Shown: piece by piece, positions 58,727 through 64,000 of the stretch
Layout of the letters: each line of letters opens with the position of its first letter
Position numbering within the stretch: the first letter of the stretch is position 1
Source: Candidatus Bathyarchaeota archaeon
GTDB lineage: Archaea > Thermoproteota > Bathyarchaeia > 40CM-2-53-6
DNA length: 64,000 nt
NCBI GenBank assembly: GCA_963733055.1
Contig: CAVTBR010000001.1
Span: forward strand, 1,152,001 to 1,216,000
Direction: 5' to 3'
Position numbers and translations under genes: made by a program
The notes under the pieces: generated by a model
The model's input: only the letters and a program-made list of their open reading frames with translations
Database searches by the model: none
What the model was told of the DNA's origin: nothing

Positions 58727-59781
58727 TGAAAGAACTCTGGCTTCGACTAGACCCCAACATAACTCAGGCTAGAAAGAAGGAACTGCTCAAAATAGCAGAA
58801 GGGCATTTCAGTGTAGCAGTGCTTTCTCCAGAAGACCTGCCACTCGCGAGCGGTCTGAAACTCAAAACCGCTTCAACGGAAGAACGAGCTGACATCAGAA
58901 TTCTAGCAACTAGGACTGGAACCGGTAACGCAGTTCCCAAGAATTCCGCTGTAGAGATTGTAGTGAAAGATCGATCTGACGAGGAGAAAGTTCTGCAGCT
59001 AGCAGAAGCGGGAGTGCGATATGTGCTCGTGAAGTGTCCGAATTGGAAGGTTATTCCGCTTGAGAATCTCATTGCGAGGACTAGGAATAAGGTCAGCTTA
59101 CTGGCTGACGTAGCAAACAATCGCGAAGCTCAAGTCGCTTTACAGACACTAGAACTAGGCGTGGACGGAGTAGTCCTCACTGCCGCTTTACCCTCAGACC
59201 TTGAGGGGATGAAGCAACTTGAAACCCAAGGCAATAATGTTCCCCTGATTGAGGGAAAAGTCGTTGACGTCAAGCAAATTGGCCCAGGTGCCAGGGTCTG
59301 TATCGATACGATTGAACTGCTGGAATCAGGGGAAGGCATGCTCGTTGGGTCACAATCCTCTGGCTTGTTCTTGGTGGAGGCCGAAGTTCACAGGAATCCG
59401 CACGTTGAACCTAGACCTTTCCGCGTAAATGCTGGGCCTGTATCCTCCTATGTTCTCGCGCCTGGGTTCAAGACTCGTTATCTTGCTGAACTGAAGGCGG
59501 GAGAAGAAATCCTAATCGTAAGTCGCGCTGGAACGACAAGAACAGGGCATGTTGGGCGTGTCAAAATAGAACGAAGGCCGATGATGCTCGTTGTAACCGA
59601 AGCCAACGGTCAAACCTTTTCGATCATACTCCAGAACGCAGAGACCGTTCGACTCGTATCCCACACTGCGTCGACCTCCGTCTCCGAACTAAAGGCGGGT
59701 GATGAGGTTCTGCTCAGGATAGAGGAAGGCGGGAGGCATTTCGGCACTTTGGTGGCGGACGAAATGGTGATCGAACGCTGA
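58726..59781 (+). CDS. aroB': 3-dehydroquinate synthase II (MJ1249 family)
   Basis: WKVIPLENL, RVCIDT, GEGMLVGS, RPFRVNAG, KIERRP, QNAET and RHFG motifs. Confidence 0.95.
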   Translation: MKELWLRLDPNITQARKKELLKIAEGHFSVAVLSPEDLPLASGLKLKTASTEERADIRILATRTGTGNAVPKNSAVEIVVKDRSDEEKVLQLAEAGVRYVLVKCPNWKVIPLENLIARTRNKVSLLADVANNREAQVALQTLELGVDGVVLTAALPSDLEGMKQLETQGNNVPLIEGKVVDVKQIGPGARVCIDTIELLESGEGMLVGSQSSGLFLVEAEVHRNPHVEPRPFRVNAGPVSSYVLAPGFKTRYLAELKAGEEILIVSRAGTTRTGHVGRVKIERRPMMLVVTEANGQTFSIILQNAETVRLVSHTASTSVSELKAGDEVLLRIEEGGRHFGTLVADEMVIER

Positions 59782-60440
59782 AGTGCAAAGTATGCCTGTC
59801 GGTAGCGATAGATGACAAAACAAATGTTGTAAGACTGATCGAACAGATCTCGACAAAGAAACCTGACCTCGTTGAGTTTCGCCTCGACAAACTACATGAC
59901 CCTAGCCTCCTCGAAGAGATCGTAAACACGAAGTCCTTCCCCGCCATCGCTACTGACAAATCGAACCGTGGTTCAAACGCTACGCTAGAACTTTTGTCAC
60001 AGGCTTCGGCTGCGGGGTTCGAATTGGTGGACATCAATCTTTCAGCCGCCTCATCCAACCCTATAGTGAATGAACTGAAATCCCAAGGAACCGAAGTAAT
60101 CGTGTCATCTCATGACTATTCTCGCACACCTTCTCCTGAAGAGTTGAGGAAGGTTTTGCAAGCTGAGAACCATGCAGGCGGTGATGTCTGTAAGATTGTA
60201 ACGACGGCAGTTAAACCGAGCGACAACCTAACCATTCTTGATTTCGTGGCGAAAGAAGCAATTAATGCCAGGTTGGTTTCTTTCGCGATGGGCCCTCGTG
60301 GTATTCCATCTAGGATTCTGTCGCCCTGGTTTGGTGCGGAGTTCACGTTCGCGGCGTTCTCAGAGGAATTGAAAACGGCGGATGGCCAATTGAGCGTAGA
60401 TGCACTTCGGATGGTTTGGCAAACCCTTGAAATTCAATGA
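59778..60440 (+). CDS. aroD: Type I 3-dehydroquinate dehydratase
   Basis: Frame open from CTG 59778: KVCLSV...DLVEFRLD...SSHDY...KIV...FAMG...SRIL...GQL. Confidence 0.85.
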   Translation: MKCKVCLSVAIDDKTNVVRLIEQISTKKPDLVEFRLDKLHDPSLLEEIVNTKSFPAIATDKSNRGSNATLELLSQASAAGFELVDINLSAASSNPIVNELKSQGTEVIVSSHDYSRTPSPEELRKVLQAENHAGGDVCKIVTTAVKPSDNLTILDFVAKEAINARLVSFAMGPRGIPSRILSPWFGAEFTFAAFSEELKTADGQLSVDALRMVWQTLEIQ

Positions 60441-61293
60441 ACGAGGCGTCTCGGGAGAAACCATGGTGTTTGCTCTCATCGGCGACCCGATTGACCACAC
60501 GATGAGTCCCACAATCCAAAACGCTGCCTTTCGATCGACTCGCTTGAACGCGATCTACGTCCCATTTCGAGTGGAGAGAGCGAGGCTGCGGTTCGCCATT
60601 CAAGGCTTGAAATCTCTTGGAGTGAGAGGGTTCAATGTCACCACTCCACACAAGACCGCGATGTTTCAGTACCTAGACGAAGTTGAAACTAACGCAGCTG
60701 AAATCAGGTCGATAAACACCGTGAAGTGCGACCAGGGCAGGTTAACCGGATTCAACACGGACGGAGCGGGAGCAATCAGCGCCCTGATAGAAGCGGGTGT
60801 CTCACCGGCCGGCAAATCGATTTTACTCTTCGGAGCAGGAGGTGCAGCGCGAGCGATTGCACACAGCCTAGCTGGACAACGGTGTGAGATCAATTTCGTA
60901 AACCGCACGGTTTCAAGAGCTCGACGGTTAGCGAGGTTAATGCATGTGAAGTTTGGCATCAAAGCTAATTGCGTATCGCTCTCTGGCCAATCATTGCGGA
61001 GGCACGTACAGAGCGCGGACATAATCCTGAACGCGTCCGCGATGGGTATGGCCGGGAACGAGAATCTTCCCATCCACAAAAGATGGCTGCGATCTGATCA
61101 ATGGGTTTTCGACATCGTATACCGACCCGTCAAAACCCTGTTGCTTCGGAATGCCGTCCTAGCGGGTGCTCGGACGATTGATGGACTCGACATGTTAGTG
61201 GGTCAAGGTGCATGCTCATTCACGATCTGGACTGGAAAGAAAGCTCCCGTTTCAGAGATGCGCCGGGCAATTGTTCGCTTCACCGGAGATTGA
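60427..61293 (+). CDS. aroE: Shikimate dehydrogenase
   Basis: IGDPIDHTMSP, GFNVTTPHK, INT, NTDG, GAGGAAR and DGLDML motifs; start uncertain (60427 or 60463). Confidence 0.92.
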   Translation: MKFNERGVSGETMVFALIGDPIDHTMSPTIQNAAFRSTRLNAIYVPFRVERARLRFAIQGLKSLGVRGFNVTTPHKTAMFQYLDEVETNAAEIRSINTVKCDQGRLTGFNTDGAGAISALIEAGVSPAGKSILLFGAGGAARAIAHSLAGQRCEINFVNRTVSRARRLARLMHVKFGIKANCVSLSGQSLRRHVQSADIILNASAMGMAGNENLPIHKRWLRSDQWVFDIVYRPVKTLLLRNAVLAGARTIDGLDMLVGQGACSFTIWTGKKAPVSEMRRAIVRFTGD

Positions 61294-61295
61294 CA

Positions 61296-62176
61296 ATGGC
61301 TCGGGTTGCTGAGGCCGTAAGCTATGGTGCTGTAACCATCGTTAACGCCATGGCGACTGGTAAGGGGGCAGCCCTAGGCACCAAACTGTGGACCCGCCGA
61401 AAGTAACGTTGACATCTCAGGGCGGATTGATCTCGGTAAGGAACCTTACCTACCCTACAGTGAATGGTCGGTTAGTCGAGGTAACGGCGAAGCAAGTCTT
61501 CCGTCGGTTTGGCTACACCAAACGTCTGGGAGCCATAGTAGAAACCCAATCAAACATACCGATCGCCGCGGGCCTGAAGAGCAGTAGCGCCGTCAGCAAC
61601 GCTGTAGCCCTCGCATGCGTAAAAGTGCTGGGCAAGAGAACTAGTGATATCGAAGTAGTCAAACTTGGGGTTGAAGCAAGCCTGCGCGCAGGAGTAACAC
61701 TCACGGGCGCCTTTGATGATGCATGCGCATGCTACTTGGGCGGCGTCGTGATTACCGACAATCTGAAGCGGAGGATTCTGAAACGGTTCAAACCGGACAG
61801 TAGACTCCGAATTCTCATTCACGTGCCAAAACAGAAAAGATACACCCGTGACGTCGATCCCGAACCGCTGAAAGAAATCACTCCGATAATTCGAGTCGCC
61901 CACAGAGAAGCACTACGAGGTAACTACTGGAACTCGTTGACACTCAACGGACTAGCCTACGCAAACGCATTTGGAATTGACACGACATCTACAATGGCTG
62001 CATTGAATGCCGGCGCGGTAGCAGCCGGGTTGACGGGAAAGGGCCCCGCGGTCGTTGCGATAGTTCGACAATCACGCATGAATAACGTTCGCACCTCCTG
62101 GCGCAGACTGGGTGGTCGGATCATTGAAACCTCAATCAACTTTCAGAAAGCAAAGGGCAAGAGGCTCGCAGATTGA
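61296..62176 (+). CDS. aroK: Archaeal shikimate kinase (GHMP family), frameshifted near 61397
   Basis: GAVTIVNAMATGKGAA followed by IPIAAGLKSSSA, TGAFDDA and GLTGKGP in the -1 frame. Confidence 0.88.
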
Positions 62177-63442
62177 ACGTCACGATTAAGCCGACGCCGT
62201 CTCTCTCAGGAGCCATAAGAGCACCCCCTTCGAAGGCATTGACACACCGCGCACTCTTTGGGGGATTATTATCAACCGGATTGACAACAATACACAACCC
62301 TCTCTCGTGCGACGACACGAATGCGACAGCTGGAGCTATCGTATCTCTAGGGGCCAAACTAGAGAGAAGACAAGAGGTTTGGATCGTAGAAGGTGGGGGC
62401 CGAGTCAATGCACCCCAACAAACAATTGAATGTGGAGAATCTGGAGTGACTCTTCGGTTTACAATTCCTGTTTCTTTGCTCGCAGGAAACGACCTCTATC
62501 TGAGGGGAAGCAAAACGCTCATGCGGAGACCACTTCAGCCTCTAATCGAATGCGTGAAACAGCTGGGAGCAAAGATCACCTCTCGCGGACAAGAGATTCA
62601 TATAAGCGGAGGGTCGGCTAAAGGTGGAAGCGTTCATTTACCTGGCAACGTGAGTTCCCAGTTCATTTCAGGGTTGCTCCTCGCTGGTCCACTGATGCGA
62701 GATGGAATAAGGATGAAACTCATTTCACCCTTGGAATCTCGCGGGTACGTATCAATGACAATTGAAACCATGAAACGTCACAAAGTCCATGTCGAGACCA
62801 ATGACGATATGTCCTTCTATCAAGTTAACCCCGATCAAGTCTACAAACCAACGGAACACAGTATACCCGGTGACTATTCTTCAGCCCGTGTTCCTCATAT
62901 CTGCCGCCTCTGTGACCAGGTCGAAAATTCAGATTCTCGGTCTCTCCCTCGACCACGCTGATCCTGATTCCGCGTTGTTGGGGTTTTTGGGTCGTATGGG
63001 AATTACGACTCGGTTTGCCTCGGATGCGTTGCAAGTGGAAGGGCGACCGCTTAGGGCAGTGGACGCTGACGTCACTGATTGCCCTGATCTAGGCCCCATT
63101 ATTGCTGTACTGGGTTGTTATGCTGAAGGGGAGACGAGGATTACCGGCGCCGGTAGGTTACGCTATAAAGAGTCTGACAGGCTATCCGCGATTAGTTCCG
63201 AGCTGAGAGCACTTGGAGCAGACATTGCGCAGACTGACGACGCTCTGTGTATTTCTGGGCCCGTTTCCCTACATGGAGGCACCGTTGATTCGCACGGTGA
63301 TCATCGAATCGCTATGGCCCTTTCAGTCGCAGCCCTTAACGCAAGCGGGCCTGTCCTGATCAAGAATGCGGAGTGTGTGAATAAATCATACCCCACATAC
63401 TTCCACGACATTCGAGCCTTGGGAGTTGGCGTGATTGAGTGA
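62173..63442 (+). CDS. aroA: EPSP synthase, frameshifted near 62886
   Basis: PPSKA.THR, CGESG.TLRF, SSQFISGLL and GDYSS, then DCPDL, KESDR, DHRIAM and KSYP. Confidence 0.92.
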
Positions 63443-64000
63443 TAGTTCGTTTGGAAAACAGTTCCGAGTGACAATATTCGGGGAGAGTCACGGTCCGGGA
63501 GTGGCTGCTGTCGTTGATGGTTGCCCGGCCGGGCTAAAACTTAGCCTTGAAGACGTCAACGAGGAACTCGCAAGGAGAATGCCACCCGATCCCAGCATTA
63601 CATCGGCTCGACGCGAACGAGACGATGTCCAGATTCTATCAGGAGTATTCGATGGTTACACAACCGGCGCTCCAGTTGCGATGCTCACCCTAAACAAAGA
63701 TGTTAGGTCGCAAGATTACGATAAGTTGGCGTCCATCGCTCGGCCGGGCCACGCAGATTATCCAGCGAGAATCAAGTACGGCGGGTTCAACGATCTACGG
63801 GGCGGAGGACGTGCCAGCGGAAGGCTAACCGCTCCAATCATCATGGCGGGTGCGATCGCAAGAAAACTGCTGAACTCGATTGGTGTGCAGGTTTTTGCGC
63901 ACACGATACAGATTGATTCAATAAAAGTGGATAGGCAATTACAGCACGATGCAATAAAGCGTAACACGTATACGAACTCAGTCCGCTGCGCTGATCCTGA
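63435..64000 (+). CDS. aroC: Chorismate synthase (3' end outside window)
   Basis: From TTG 63435: FRVTIFGESHG, DGCPAG, SARRE, TTGAP, RPGHAD and GGGRASGRLT. Confidence 0.95.
   Translation, partial: MSDSSFGKQFRVTIFGESHGPGVAAVVDGCPAGLKLSLEDVNEELARRMPPDPSITSARRERDDVQILSGVFDGYTTGAPVAMLTLNKDVRSQDYDKLASIARPGHADYPARIKYGGFNDLRGGGRASGRLTAPIIMAGAIARKLLNSIGVQVFAHTIQIDSIKVDRQLQHDAIKRNTYTNSVRCADP

Noticed and set aside
1-64000. CRISPR arrays, tRNA/rRNA genes, transposases or integrases
   Set aside because: By eye I found no regularly spaced repeats, cloverleaf-type sequences in intergenic gaps, or recombinase motifs; short ncRNAs could have been missed.

Overview
Archaeal chromosomal segment, most likely TACK/Bathyarchaeia-like. 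This placement is inferred from the archaeal aroA'/aroB' shikimate route, a GHMP-type shikimate kinase, TATA-type promoters, and NitrOD5-like and PAC4-like proteins. All family calls are by recognition of motifs; no searches were run. Layout: (1) 1-2.5 kb, a small signalling-type module (RHH+V4R-like regulator, secreted peptide, output-domain protein, stand-alone membrane sensor) around mirror-image divergent promoters; (2) an MFS gene and two AbrB/VapC toxin-antitoxin loci, the second toxin degenerate; (3) ~5-30 kb, a large inositol/aminocyclitol catabolic island combining Thermotoga-type IolM/IolN/IolO homologues with a DegT aminotransferase, a Cgl0159-like aldolase, a PPi-type PFK, IolI-like isomerases, several dehydrogenases and APC/ABC uptake systems; (4) 30-55 kb, mixed metabolic and housekeeping genes (deoC, glpK, ilvE, eno, tmk, an orphan DNA methylase, F420-type enzymes); (5) 55.6 kb to the end, an ask-asd-aroA'-aroB'-aroD-aroE-aroK-aroA-aroC operon preceded by an aromatic-rich 25-codon uORF resembling an attenuator leader. 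Five frameshifts in four otherwise intact genes probably reflect sequencing indels. I saw no tRNA, rRNA, CRISPR array or IS element.
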